Shown: positions 9,367 to 19,360, counted from the stretch's first letter. The stretch: 64,000 nt of DNA from an archaeon (GCA_020056635.1 JAGVHI010000007.1:3078-67077); one strand, 5' to 3'. Notes: generated by a model not told the origin, from the sequence alone. A program made the numbers and translations.

Positions 9367-9444
9367 ATGACTGAGGAAGAGGACGTGGACGAGGACGAGG
9401 ATTTCGACGAGGACTGGGAGGACGAGGAAGAGGACGAAGAGTAG
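9367..9444 (+). CDS. 25-aa hyper-acidic micro-ORF (MTEEEDVDEDEDFDEDWEDEEEDEE)
   Basis: An ATG preceded by GGTGA five nt upstream. A TATA-like CTATATATAC lies at about 9323-9333. T-tracts follow directly after the TAG stop. Coding status is unproven. Confidence 0.35.
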   Translation: MTEEEDVDEDEDFDEDWEDEEEDEE

Positions 9445-9495
9445 CCCCCTACATTGGTTTTTTCCATATTTTTCAGGCTGATTCTGGTGTTTTCC

Positions 9496-10035
9496 ATGCG
9501 TGCGGAAATCGAATTGTACCTACTTTCCCTGCGCCACAACGGGATTCCAGAGGGCATCTACTCCAAGCTCCCAGAGGGGCAGAAGCGGATGCTGGAGCAG
9601 AGGGGAGGGGGATTCCACTTAAAACCCGAATTGCGGAAAAAATTCAAGGTGGCGCTCACAGGCGGGGCGTTTGACATAGTCCACATAGGCCACCTCCACA
9701 CGCTAGAGCGATCGCGCGAGCTTGCGGACGTGCTTGTGGTCGCTGTCGCTACGGATGAGACCATAGAGCGCATAAAGGGCCGAAAGCCCGTGCACAACGT
9801 CTTGTACCGCACCGCCATGGTTGGGGCGCTAAAGCCCGTGGATTTGGCGCTATCTGGCGGAAAGGACAGGGAAGAAACGCTAAGGCGGGTATCGCCCGAT
9901 CTGGTGGTCTTCGGGCCTGACCAGACGCCTTTTGTGAAGGAAGGGGCGTACAAGATTGTGAAGCTTGGGAAGCTGCTCTCCGATGAGAAGGGGCTTTACA
10001 AAACCTCAAGGATAATTGAGGAGCTTGAGCTCTAG
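9496..10035 (+). CDS. ribL: Cytidylyltransferase-fold protein, FAD synthase RibL-like, with ~45-aa N-terminal extension
   Basis: LTGGAFDIVHIGHLHTLERS (GxFDxxHxGH) nucleotidyltransferase motif. The ATG at 9496 has ATATTTTT centred 26.5 nt upstream. Confidence 0.65.
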   Translation: MRAEIELYLLSLRHNGIPEGIYSKLPEGQKRMLEQRGGGFHLKPELRKKFKVALTGGAFDIVHIGHLHTLERSRELADVLVVAVATDETIERIKGRKPVHNVLYRTAMVGALKPVDLALSGGKDREETLRRVSPDLVVFGPDQTPFVKEGAYKIVKLGKLLSDEKGLYKTSRIIEELEL

Positions 10036-10084
10036 GCAAAGGGAAAAGAACGAAAAAAAGAAAGGAAGCGCCGAAAAAGGAGGG

Positions 10085-10774
10085 CTACTTAAGCAGCAGC
10101 GCGTACTTCGGCTCAATGTTCAAGGCTTTCCTTGCAATCTCTATCCTATAAAGTGCCGAGTTTAGCGCAATGTACGATGCCGCTATGCCTCCTGCAAACA
10201 GCAATCTCTCAAATGCCACAACCGGAATTAGCGCAAGCCAGAACCCAGGCGTGGCCGCAATTGGAGTCGGGGGGAAGTACAGCCAGAGTATCCCCCCTAT
10301 TGCATGGGCAGTGAATGTAGCCCCAAGGCTCCTTGCAATCAGGTTATTCCCAAAGAACGCAGCCCCGATTGGAATGAGCCAATAGAGCGCGTAAACCCAT
10401 GCCTGTCCCCCTACTGGGTGGATTACGAAGAGCACGAAGCAAACGCCTGCAATCGCGGCTGGAAATTTGTTCTTTGCAACCATCCCGAAATAAACTACCG
10501 CCCCCACCATGGTAAACAGCCTGAGCACATCCAAGAGGACGATGTTGCTCCCAAAGAGCGCCATATTCAGGACCTGCGCGCCAAGGACTGCAACAGCCCC
10601 GAAACCCGCGCCTAAGAAGCCCCCTGCAATAGGCCCGAAGAACTGGAAAACAGTGAATTGCTGGTTTGGAGCCCCGAGAACTTGCGAGAAATTCACTCGC
10701 ATGCTAAGCAACGCGGCAATCCCGAATATGAGGACGAAAGCGGCAGCCCTGATGCTATCCTTCTTTCCAAACAT
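10085..10774 (-). CDS. Polytopic membrane protein, possibly ECF-transporter S-component-like
   Basis: About 6 hydrophobic helices. The family assignment is only a weak impression. Confidence 0.55.
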   Translation of the reverse strand: MFGKKDSIRAAAFVLIFGIAALLSMRVNFSQVLGAPNQQFTVFQFFGPIAGGFLGAGFGAVAVLGAQVLNMALFGSNIVLLDVLRLFTMVGAVVYFGMVAKNKFPAAIAGVCFVLFVIHPVGGQAWVYALYWLIPIGAAFFGNNLIARSLGATFTAHAIGGILWLYFPPTPIAATPGFWLALIPVVAFERLLFAGGIAASYIALNSALYRIEIARKALNIEPKYALLLK

Positions 10775-10832
10775 GAATGCACCCCGTAAAACTAATTGCC
10801 ATTGCAGGATTAATAACCTTTCTCCAAACCCC

Positions 10833-11213
10833 TCACATCCTCTTTTTCACAGCCCCGTCCAGCGCGTCTGCAATCTCTTCATATTCCTGCCTCTTTTCCC
10901 CCAAATAGTAACCCTGCACCCTCATCTTGTTCGCCAGCCCTCTCACTTGCCGCAGCGTTCCCATGATGAGCACATCCGTTTTCTCCCTTGCGCAATTGAC
11001 CGTGTATTGCGAAACCGTCGCATCCCCGCCATCCGAGAGCATCTCCTGCTTTATAATGTTCGCAACAGCGTTCCGTACCCTGGTAAGCCTGAGCACCATG
11101 AACACCGCCTTGGGCGCCATGATTTTCGCGCATTCATCCGAAACGTCGATTGCCAAAATCCCCCCCTCCGCCTCCTTTGCGCTCTCAAACCGGAACTCTT
11201 TTGCTTCCATCAA
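10833..11213 (-). CDS. Conserved-looking hypothetical protein (126 aa)
   Basis: Protein-like composition. The overlapping plus-strand ORFs are Ser/Pro/Cys/His-rich shadows. Confidence 0.55.
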   Translation of the reverse strand: MMEAKEFRFESAKEAEGGILAIDVSDECAKIMAPKAVFMVLRLTRVRNAVANIIKQEMLSDGGDATVSQYTVNCAREKTDVLIMGTLRQVRGLANKMRVQGYYLGEKRQEYEEIADALDGAVKKRM

Positions 11214-11223
11214 AACACCAACT

Positions 11224-11538
11224 TTATGCTTTCGGGCACATCTTCTTCAGCATGTCAAAATGGTTGTCAGCCATGTTAAGCGCCATATTGAATTTTGTGC
11301 CCATCTGGTCGTAAATTTCCGCCTCAACAGCCACTTTCCCGAGCGGCAGCTCCCCAACTTTCACAAGCATCCGCACGTAATCGAAAGGAGCCTTAATCGT
11401 TTCTCCCTTGTCCTTCACCACCAGCCCTTCCTCGCACACGTATATCTTGCCGCTTTCGTCCATGCTGTTCTCCCCGTACAGCATTATTGTCTCCTTGACA
11501 AACCCCATTTGTGAATCCTTCTGGCGCATGAACATCAC
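11224..11538 (-). CDS. Hypothetical protein (104 aa)
   Basis: Protein-like composition. It lies 10 nt upstream of the previous gene on the same strand. Confidence 0.5.
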   Translation of the reverse strand: MMFMRQKDSQMGFVKETIMLYGENSMDESGKIYVCEEGLVVKDKGETIKAPFDYVRMLVKVGELPLGKVAVEAEIYDQMGTKFNMALNMADNHFDMLKKMCPKA

Positions 11539-11591
11539 CGACCGACTTTCGCGGGATAGGTTAATAAGATTTCAAGCCCAACCTCTCCTCG

Positions 11592-13499
11592 ATGGAAATA
11601 ACCATTACTCTCCCTGATGGGAAGCAAATCAAGGCGGAAAAGGGCGCCAGCGCGCTCGATGCGATTTCCCTAATCTCAAAAAGGCTTGCAAAGGACTCAA
11701 TCGCTGCGAAGGTGGATGGGAAAGCAGTAGACCTCTCGCACACGCTCGAATCCGACTGCTCGCTCACTGCTCTAACTTTCGATTCAGCAGAAGGGAAAGA
11801 GGTTTTCTGGCATTCCTCAGCGCATATTCTTGCACAGGCAGTGATGCGGCTCTACCCGGATGCAAGGCCCACAATCGGCCCTGCGGTTGAGAACGGGTTT
11901 TACTACGATTTTGCGGATGTCCCGGCATTCACCCCCTCGGACCTTGCGAAAATAGAGGCCGAGATGAAAAAAATCGCGCAGGAGGACCAGAAATTTTCAA
12001 GGAAAAAAGTTTCCCGCGCAGATGCAGAAAAACTATACCTCAATAACCCTTTCAAGCTCGAGATGATTGCAGGGCTGCAGGACGATGAAATAACAATTTA
12101 TGAGAACGCTGGGGGCTGGTCAGACCTGTGCAGGGGGCCCCACATCCCAACTTCAGGAGTTCTCAAGGGAATAAAGCTCACAAAACTCTCCTCTGCATAC
12201 TGGAAAGCGGATGCCAAGAATGCGCCGCTCCAGAGGATTTACGGCATAACATATCCTTCGCAGAAGCAGCTTGATGAATACCTCAATATGCTTGCTGAGG
12301 CTGAGAAGCGCGACCACCGCAAGCTGGGTGTGCAGCTCGGGCTATTCGCATTCCACGAGTGGTCCCCCGGAAGCGCATTCTTCCTGCCCCATGGGACAAT
12401 CATATACAACGAGCTTCTTGCGCTGCTGCGCGAGGAATACATCAAGCGGGGATATCATGAAGTGGTCACCCCCCAGCTTTACAACAAGGCACTGTGGGAA
12501 TCCTCCGGGCACTGGCAGCACTACCAGGAGAACATGTTCATCCTCGATATCGACGGGGAGCAGCACTCGCTCAAGCCCATGAACTGCCCCTCGCACGTGC
12601 TCATGTACAAAATGAATTCCCATTCCTACCGCGAGCTCCCGCTTCGGATTGCGGATTTCTGCGCCCTGCACCGGAACGAGCTAAAAGGGGTGCTCGGGGG
12701 AATGACGCGGGTGCGCAAATTCGAGCAGGACGATGCGCACATTTTCTGCACAAGCGAGCAAATCGGGCAGGAGATCGACGGGATGCTCGATTTGGTGGAT
12801 TTCATCTACTCGAAAACTTTCAAGTTCAAGTATTCTATAAAGCTCTCAACCAGGCCTGACAATTTCATGGGGGAAGAAGCCCTTTGGGAAGAGGCGACTG
12901 GCAAGCTTCGGGCAGCGCTTGATTCCCACAAGCTCCCTTACGTGATAAAAGAAGGCGAGGGCGCGTTCTACGGCCCGAAAATCGATATCGATGTCACAGA
13001 TGCGCTTGGCAGGCAGTGGCAATTGGCAACAATCCAGCTCGATTTCCAGATGCCGCTTAGGATGGGCGCGGAGTACGAGGGGCAGGACGGAAGGAAGCAC
13101 ACTCCTGTTATGATGCACAGGGCCATACTTGGCTCCATGGAGCGCTTCATCGCAATCCTCGTTGAGCACTACGCTGGCGCGTTCCCAGTCTGGCTCTCCC
13201 CGGTTCAGGTCGCAATACTCCCGCTTGCAGATGAGTACAACTTGTTTGCTAAGGAATTGCAGGCAAAGTTTGCCGGTGCAAACATACGCTGCTCAATAAA
13301 TGACAAGGCGGAAACTATCGGCTCGAAAATACGGGATGCGCAGCTTGCGAAAATCCCGTACATGCTCGTGGTTGGGAAAAAGGAGAAGGAATCAGGGAAC
13401 CTTGCAATCCGCACAAGGAAAGGCGAAATATTAAATGACGTGCCAGCAGCTCAATTCATCTCTACGGTTTCAAGAGAAATCGCCGAGCGAATTTCCTAA
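11592..13499 (+). CDS. thrS: Threonyl-tRNA synthetase (full-length TGS + editing + class II core + anticodon-binding layout)
   Basis: TGS-like N-terminus, HSSAH editing-domain motif and class II motifs. TTAATAAG is centred 27.5 nt upstream of the ATG. Confidence 0.95.
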   Translation: MEITITLPDGKQIKAEKGASALDAISLISKRLAKDSIAAKVDGKAVDLSHTLESDCSLTALTFDSAEGKEVFWHSSAHILAQAVMRLYPDARPTIGPAVENGFYYDFADVPAFTPSDLAKIEAEMKKIAQEDQKFSRKKVSRADAEKLYLNNPFKLEMIAGLQDDEITIYENAGGWSDLCRGPHIPTSGVLKGIKLTKLSSAYWKADAKNAPLQRIYGITYPSQKQLDEYLNMLAEAEKRDHRKLGVQLGLFAFHEWSPGSAFFLPHGTIIYNELLALLREEYIKRGYHEVVTPQLYNKALWESSGHWQHYQENMFILDIDGEQHSLKPMNCPSHVLMYKMNSHSYRELPLRIADFCALHRNELKGVLGGMTRVRKFEQDDAHIFCTSEQIGQEIDGMLDLVDFIYSKTFKFKYSIKLSTRPDNFMGEEALWEEATGKLRAALDSHKLPYVIKEGEGAFYGPKIDIDVTDALGRQWQLATIQLDFQMPLRMGAEYEGQDGRKHTPVMMHRAILGSMERFIAILVEHYAGAFPVWLSPVQVAILPLADEYNLFAKELQAKFAGANIRCSINDKAETIGSKIRDAQLAKIPYMLVVGKKEKESGNLAIRTRKGEILNDVPAAQFISTVSREIAERIS

Positions 13500-14374
13500 A
13501 TCACTGCTGCTGCAAGATAGCCAAGCAACCCAATCCCTACAGCAGCCAGGCTCAATTTCCTTATTTTTGCAATCTCCTTTTCCCCAGGCCCATCTGCAGA
13601 GAGATACGCAAAATAAAGGAATCCCAAATCTGTCAATGCTACGAGAGTAAGTGCAATCAAATTGGCTTTCAGCCCGAAAACAAAGGGAACGGCTGACAGG
13701 GGGACTGCAAGCGCGAACAGAATTGCGGAAAGCAACAGCGCATTCTTCCTTCCAATTACAAACGGTATGGTCCTGCTCCCCCTGGCTTTCCTGTCCCCCT
13801 TCATATCCTCAACTGTTTTTGCAACCTCCCTCCCCAGCCCAGCCACGAACGCAACTGCAGTGATTGCAAGGGCCGCAGCGCCAGCGCCCCCTGCGCTCAC
13901 AATGCTGCCGAACGCAAACGGGATTGCCATGCTTGCCGCAATGCAGGCGTTCCCTGCAAGCGCAATATCCTTGAGCTTGAAATTGTACGCAATCGATACT
14001 GCGGTGAAAAATACCGCAATCGCAAACGGGTAGTTCCCAAGGGAATAGGCTATTGCGCACCCAACTCCATAAGCGGCCCACGCAACAATATTGGCCTCCG
14101 CTGCTGAAATTTCACCAGAAACAATCGGCCGTTCCTTCCTCCTATTCTCCCTGTCCGCCTTCTCATCCGCAACATCGTTCTGCGCAAACGCGCCCATTTC
14201 TACCAGAATGGATACGAGGGCAGCTAGTGCGATAGTTTGCAATCCAGGGGCAGCCACTCCAGCCTCCTTTGCCCCAATTGCTATTCCAATCACTACCGCA
14301 ATCCCGAGCATGAGCGCGTGCTCAAAGCGGGTGAGCTTCCATATCGCCCTCAGTTTCGCAAGCATGCTCTCCAA
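13496..14374 (-). CDS. UbiA-family prenyltransferase, digeranylgeranylglyceryl-phosphate synthase-like
   Basis: NDVADEKADRENRRKERPIVSG (NDxxDxxxD...RP..SG) motif and about 8 TM helices. Confidence 0.8.
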   Translation of the reverse strand: MESMLAKLRAIWKLTRFEHALMLGIAVVIGIAIGAKEAGVAAPGLQTIALAALVSILVEMGAFAQNDVADEKADRENRRKERPIVSGEISAAEANIVAWAAYGVGCAIAYSLGNYPFAIAVFFTAVSIAYNFKLKDIALAGNACIAASMAIPFAFGSIVSAGGAGAAALAITAVAFVAGLGREVAKTVEDMKGDRKARGSRTIPFVIGRKNALLLSAILFALAVPLSAVPFVFGLKANLIALTLVALTDLGFLYFAYLSADGPGEKEIAKIRKLSLAAVGIGLLGYLAAAVI

Positions 14375-14419
14375 TGGGCATGCAAAAGGTAAAAAACATC
14401 CTGCTTCCCAACCACTCTT

Positions 14420-15286
14420 ATGAAATTATTACACTCCAGGCCGCCTTTCAATTTCTGCGGGGTTGAGCGCAAATTCGAGCAGTGTAAATTCGCTGTGCTC
14501 CCTGTTCCCTATGACTCAACCACCTCGTACAACCCAGGCGCGCGCAACGGGCCGCACGCAATAATACAGGCTTCGCGCAACATGGAAACCTATGACATTG
14601 AGCTGGGTTGCGACGTCTCGCAGTCTTCGGGCTTCTGGACATTCGATGAGCTTGAGCCGGACATGAGCGGCCCAAAAGAAACAATCGCAAGAGTGAAAGA
14701 GGCAGTAACTCAAATCCTTGCTGCAAAAAAATTCCCCATAGTGCTCGGCGGCGAGCACTCAATCACTCTCGGAACAGTCCAGGCAATGAAAGAAACTTAT
14801 TCTGACCTCTCAATACTCCAGATTGATGCGCACACCGACCTTCGCAATGAATACGAGGGCACGAAATACAACCACGCGTGCGTCATGAGGCGTATTCACG
14901 AGCTTGGGGTTCCGCACGCTGCGGTTGGCATACGCTCCATGAGCGAAGAGGAAGCGGAATATATCAAAAAAGAGAAGCTTGAGAAAAGCATTTTTTACGG
15001 CACAAAATTTGATGTTTCAAAAATAATTCCGCTTCTCTCGAAAAATGTTTTCATAACAGTTGATTTGGACGGGTTCGACCCTGCGTTCGTTCCAGCAACA
15101 GGCACCCCTGAGCCCGGAGGCTTGGATTGGAATTCAGGCATTTCCCTCCTTTCGGAAATTTTCAAGAAAAAGAGCGTGGTGGGATTTGACCTAGTCGAGC
15201 TTTCCCCAATCCCTGGAAACGTCTCCTCGGACTTCTTCTGCGCAAAGCTCGCTTACAAAATGGCAGGGATGGCTGGAAAAAGATAA
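14420..15286 (+). CDS. speB: Agmatinase (ureohydrolase family)
   Basis: GGEHSITLG, DAHTDL and DLDGFDP metal-binding motifs. TAAAAAAC is centred 26.5 nt upstream of the ATG. Confidence 0.9.
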   Translation: MKLLHSRPPFNFCGVERKFEQCKFAVLPVPYDSTTSYNPGARNGPHAIIQASRNMETYDIELGCDVSQSSGFWTFDELEPDMSGPKETIARVKEAVTQILAAKKFPIVLGGEHSITLGTVQAMKETYSDLSILQIDAHTDLRNEYEGTKYNHACVMRRIHELGVPHAAVGIRSMSEEEAEYIKKEKLEKSIFYGTKFDVSKIIPLLSKNVFITVDLDGFDPAFVPATGTPEPGGLDWNSGISLLSEIFKKKSVVGFDLVELSPIPGNVSSDFFCAKLAYKMAGMAGKR

Positions 15287-15293
15287 ATTAGCG

Positions 15294-18200
15294 CTAGGGC
15301 TTGTACCTAAGCGGGAACCTTGCATTGAACCTGATACTCCGATTGTCGCCTGTCCTGTAAACCCCGAGCGTCATGTCGCTTGCACCATAGCCTATTCCAA
15401 GCTCGGCATACTCGCCCCTGTAATGGTGCCTGAAACTGAAGTTCTTGATGCCAAGCTGCCCCACCTCAATGTGCCATTTGCTAGAGCCCCACCGCGTGTA
15501 TATCCTGTCAATGTAAGTCTGCTCCTCTTTCCCTTCCCTCTGCGAATCCCTATCCCGCGTAAGGTCGGTCCCGAACGTGACTTTTGCCGGGTTCCGCAAA
15601 GGCGCAGCCTGCCCTGGAACATCGTGCTCATACCTGAAATTCAGCCTCTGCCTGTCAAAATACCTGCCTGCCCCCTCGTACCTTCTGCCCCACCTGCTTG
15701 TAAGGTCTATTGTGACTGCATCCCTGGGAGTGAATTTCCACCTTGTGTTCGTGCCAAGCTCGGTGCTCCTCTCAATCCTATCAATTGGCACTGAGCGCAA
15801 TGACTGCGGCCTTCCTTCAAACTCCCTGCCTTCCTCGAACTGCGCCACCCGCCTGTACCTGTCCTGCTCTATCCTGCGTGCGCGAAGCCCGATGTCAAAC
15901 CTCAATTTCTTGTCCTGCCCGTAGTTTGCCCCGTATGCAGCCGAACCGTAATACTCCTGCCTTATGCTCCCGAACCCTGCCCCGCCATCCTGCTGCCCTT
16001 CTTCTAAACTGATGCTCCTCTCCCCTACCCTTATCCCGGAATGCCTCTCCCACGGCTCGACGTTCCTCCTGTACCTCTCACCTACCATCCACTGTATCGT
16101 GTCGCGGTACTGCACCTCAGCCTCGTGCCTTGTGATTATGCTCTTATCCAGCGTGCTTCCCTCGGGCGCATAGTTGCTCGAATATGTTTTGAGGAGCAGG
16201 CTGTTCACATTGAACCCCCGCTTTCCCCTGTTATCGCTCCTGAAAGACACCATCTGGCTTGTGCTCTTTATGAGCTCCTCATTATTTGCAGGGTCGTTGC
16301 GGTAGGTTGTGCCCCACATGCCTGTCATCACCCCGGAGCCGGACAGCCACGGCGCAACATTCACGAAGAACTTGAGGTTCCCGGAGCGTATCTTGTCAAT
16401 GATAAAGTCACCGCCAGCAGTAGTCTGCCCTCTCTCGAGCTGGTTATTCCCATATGTAGTGACTGCATTTGATACGTGGAATCCAGCTGCATCCAGGCTT
16501 ACTGAATATTGCATCCCGTTTTTGTCGAACACAATCACACTGCCGCCGTTCTGCAACTGCTGCATCCGGTTTAATTCAGGGTCAGCAAATATATCTGCAA
16601 ATGTAATATCTCTCTCTATAACAATCTGCTTTAGCGCATTGAAGCTTGCAGCACTGTAAAGCTCGCCCGGGTTCTCCACCCAGTAGCTCCCGCCGCGGTA
16701 GAAGTTCGCGCCGGATGCGCCTGCCCCGTATGGAACAATCGGGACATTTTCATACTTGTTCTTGTCAAATTTAAGCCACACATCCCCTGATGTTGCGGTG
16801 AGCGTTGGCACATTGATATGGCTTGAGACCATGCCGAACTGCGGCCTTTCATACGCCATGTACTCCGCAATCACTTTTTCGCGCACATCATTCTCCTTAT
16901 TCTGCACACGCAACCCTATGGTTTCGGACTGGAAGAACACGGGCTTCCCATACGGGTCTTCCCACCTCTTCTGCACATAGAGGTTCACAACACCCGGTCT
17001 GTAGCGAGTCTGCTCTTCCCTCTGCCCTGGCTCGCCCTCCACGCGCGATAGCCCCTGCTGGTAAAGGTTCCTCCATTTCACAACCGTAGTTTCATCTATG
17101 AAACGCTGCTCTGCAGGCACATCCACTGTGAGCGGCCGAACTGTAATAGTGTACTCCCCGCCTCCAACTGCAATGCTCTGGGGCACTCCAACCGAGATCG
17201 AATCTTCAGATTCGGGTGTACCGCTATCCACCTGCGCCTGGTCCCGATAAACCTGCAACCTTGCAAATGGCGTCCCATTTTCACTCACCACTTCCACAAG
17301 CTTGAGGAAATACGGCCCGACCTGTTTTGCCTCATCCATTTTCAGATCAAAAAGCTCCCCATTGTACTCGATGTTCACTCCGGACACGCGGGATGCAATT
17401 TCCCTCGGGGCTTCAAGCTTAAGCTTCAGGCTGACATCCTTCTCCCCATCTTTGAAAGAATAAATGCCCTCCTGCCCGACAAGCGAAACGCCTTCAATCC
17501 TTGCAACAGGCGCATCCACTCCTTTCCTATAAACTGTCACATCCGCAACGTTCTCAATCCCCTGCTGCCTTATGTTAGTAATCTCGAACAGGTAATCCCC
17601 AAGCTCCATCTTCCCCTTGTCAGCATTCACCATTGCCTGCCGTGACTGCCCGGTCCCAAGCGCTGCGGACATCGTAACAAAGCCCCGCACCTGTCCTGAT
17701 TCGGTGATTTGCGAAATCGCACTGCTTGTCTCCTGGAACACCTTTACCGGAATTCCGCTGTCCTGCAACGTTAGATAAGTGCTCTCAAGCTTCCTTCCAG
17801 TCTCTTGCGAAAAGTACCCAAGGTGCTTTCTGAAATCCCTAAACCACGTGTTTGACACTCTCGGGTCGCCGAACACCCAGAGCGACTGCCCCACATTCTC
17901 ATCCTTGCGCTCCATCAGGTACGAATAGTGCTTCGTATCAAAATTGTGGTAGAACGCCTCCCTAATCTCCCCATAGTTTTCGGTCCTCTGCTTCATGTTC
18001 AGCCTGTAGTACGCGACTGTAGGCCTGTTCATTGTTGGCCAGCGCGCCATGCTCTCCGCATAATTCACTTCAAACTTGCGGTCCGGGCTTCCAGGGTCAG
18101 AGAACACGCCCCTTACCCTCTGTGGCCTGTGCGCATCAGGTTTTACGTCAACCGGCCTGTCCCAGTAAAGCGAAAGCTTCTTCCCGTCATAGAACTCGAA

Positions 18201-19337
18201 ATGGAAAACCTGCGTCATGTTCCTCTGGTCATATGTGGTGTAGGAGGAAATCGCCTTGATGTGCGCCTTTTGAAGCTCGTATTTTGCATAGCCAAGCGGC
18301 GTTGACATAAGGTCAACCTGCTCGGAGCTCAAAAATTCATACAGCCCCTGCTTTGCAGCCAAATCGTTCTGCTCCTGCCAGAGCCTGTTGCGCTCCTTCA
18401 CAAGCGCGCTTCCGCCGCTTCCCCCAGAAAGCACGGTTTCTATCCTCCGGTTGAACGCATCCACATCCCGGTTGTACCTCTCCACTTCCGAAACGAAATC
18501 TGAAGGGTACTCAAACTTCCCTTTGTTAGTCCGCGAGTCATAGGGATTCAGGCTTATCCTGCCGATGGGAGTTGCCTCAACCACCTCATCCCCATTTCCC
18601 GCAACGCTGGACAAGTCCCTTGAAACCACATAATCGCGCAGAGCCCCTGACTCATACACCGATTTGGTCGCATTGTATGCCGCATTTGCTGCATCCTTCC
18701 CATTCTCCATATATGTGAGCACGGCATTTAGTTCGCTTTTCTGGTCTGCAAGGAACATCTGATGCCTGATTGCAAACCCCTGGTCATTGTTCCTGTTCTG
18801 GAGCTCAGCAAGGAAAATCTCCTCTTTTGCAAGCAAGAACCTCCTTGCTGAAAGCTCGTACTCCTTTGCTTTACGCGTATCTCCTGCAGGCATTTTTGCA
18901 ATCTCTTCCTCGAGCTTTTTTGCCTCATCCACGTGCCCGCTATACGTTCGGTACTCCGCGGCAGCGGTGTTCAAGTCCACCCGCTCCCCATCAACAGTGA
19001 CCGTTTTCCTCATAGTGGTGATGCCTGGCTGCGGCTTTAGAGGCTCCTGCGTGCTGGGGGCTACTGGTGGTGCCTTCCACCCGCCTTCGCGGATGAGCTT
19101 ATCAACCTGCGCCCTCACGCCCGATAAAATCTTCGGGTAATCCTCCAGTTTGACATTCCTTTTCTTGACTGCATCATCAAGCGCCGCGTTCTTCACCCCA
19201 ATCTCACTAAGCCTGGCTTGCAGAGTGCAAAGCTTGGTGAAGAGCGCAAACTGGTTCTTCTCGCCTGAAATCTCGTCAATGTAACTTCTGACTCCCTGCG
19301 GAGTGCCAGCCTGTTGCCCTTGGAATGTTGAAACCAT
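15294..19337 (-). CDS. Giant orphan protein E (1347 aa), last gene of the five-gene operon
   Basis: The ATG at 19337 is preceded by AGGAGGAG and lies 23 nt after the upstream stop. No recognised family. Small beta-sandwich-like modules in the middle. The C-terminal ~330 aa are dominated by alternating-polarity beta-strand patterns. Confidence 0.85.
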   Translation of the reverse strand: MVSTFQGQQAGTPQGVRSYIDEISGEKNQFALFTKLCTLQARLSEIGVKNAALDDAVKKRNVKLEDYPKILSGVRAQVDKLIREGGWKAPPVAPSTQEPLKPQPGITTMRKTVTVDGERVDLNTAAAEYRTYSGHVDEAKKLEEEIAKMPAGDTRKAKEYELSARRFLLAKEEIFLAELQNRNNDQGFAIRHQMFLADQKSELNAVLTYMENGKDAANAAYNATKSVYESGALRDYVVSRDLSSVAGNGDEVVEATPIGRISLNPYDSRTNKGKFEYPSDFVSEVERYNRDVDAFNRRIETVLSGGSGGSALVKERNRLWQEQNDLAAKQGLYEFLSSEQVDLMSTPLGYAKYELQKAHIKAISSYTTYDQRNMTQVFHFEFYDGKKLSLYWDRPVDVKPDAHRPQRVRGVFSDPGSPDRKFEVNYAESMARWPTMNRPTVAYYRLNMKQRTENYGEIREAFYHNFDTKHYSYLMERKDENVGQSLWVFGDPRVSNTWFRDFRKHLGYFSQETGRKLESTYLTLQDSGIPVKVFQETSSAISQITESGQVRGFVTMSAALGTGQSRQAMVNADKGKMELGDYLFEITNIRQQGIENVADVTVYRKGVDAPVARIEGVSLVGQEGIYSFKDGEKDVSLKLKLEAPREIASRVSGVNIEYNGELFDLKMDEAKQVGPYFLKLVEVVSENGTPFARLQVYRDQAQVDSGTPESEDSISVGVPQSIAVGGGEYTITVRPLTVDVPAEQRFIDETTVVKWRNLYQQGLSRVEGEPGQREEQTRYRPGVVNLYVQKRWEDPYGKPVFFQSETIGLRVQNKENDVREKVIAEYMAYERPQFGMVSSHINVPTLTATSGDVWLKFDKNKYENVPIVPYGAGASGANFYRGGSYWVENPGELYSAASFNALKQIVIERDITFADIFADPELNRMQQLQNGGSVIVFDKNGMQYSVSLDAAGFHVSNAVTTYGNNQLERGQTTAGGDFIIDKIRSGNLKFFVNVAPWLSGSGVMTGMWGTTYRNDPANNEELIKSTSQMVSFRSDNRGKRGFNVNSLLLKTYSSNYAPEGSTLDKSIITRHEAEVQYRDTIQWMVGERYRRNVEPWERHSGIRVGERSISLEEGQQDGGAGFGSIRQEYYGSAAYGANYGQDKKLRFDIGLRARRIEQDRYRRVAQFEEGREFEGRPQSLRSVPIDRIERSTELGTNTRWKFTPRDAVTIDLTSRWGRRYEGAGRYFDRQRLNFRYEHDVPGQAAPLRNPAKVTFGTDLTRDRDSQREGKEEQTYIDRIYTRWGSSKWHIEVGQLGIKNFSFRHHYRGEYAELGIGYGASDMTLGVYRTGDNRSIRFNARFPLRYKP

Positions 19338-19360
19338 GCCAACTCCTCCTTTCGTTTTGC

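Noticed and set aside
9363-9557. 64-aa minus-strand ORF ending in a poly-Ser run.
   Set aside because: The poly-Ser is the reverse complement of the GAG/GAC-rich acidic micro-ORF region. There are no start signals, and it overlaps the ribL-like promoter and N-terminus.
10509-11514. Plus-strand ORFs of 256 aa (10509-11279) and 195 aa (10927-11514).
   Set aside because: They span the boundaries of three minus-strand genes and have Pro/Ser/His/Cys-rich shadow-frame composition.
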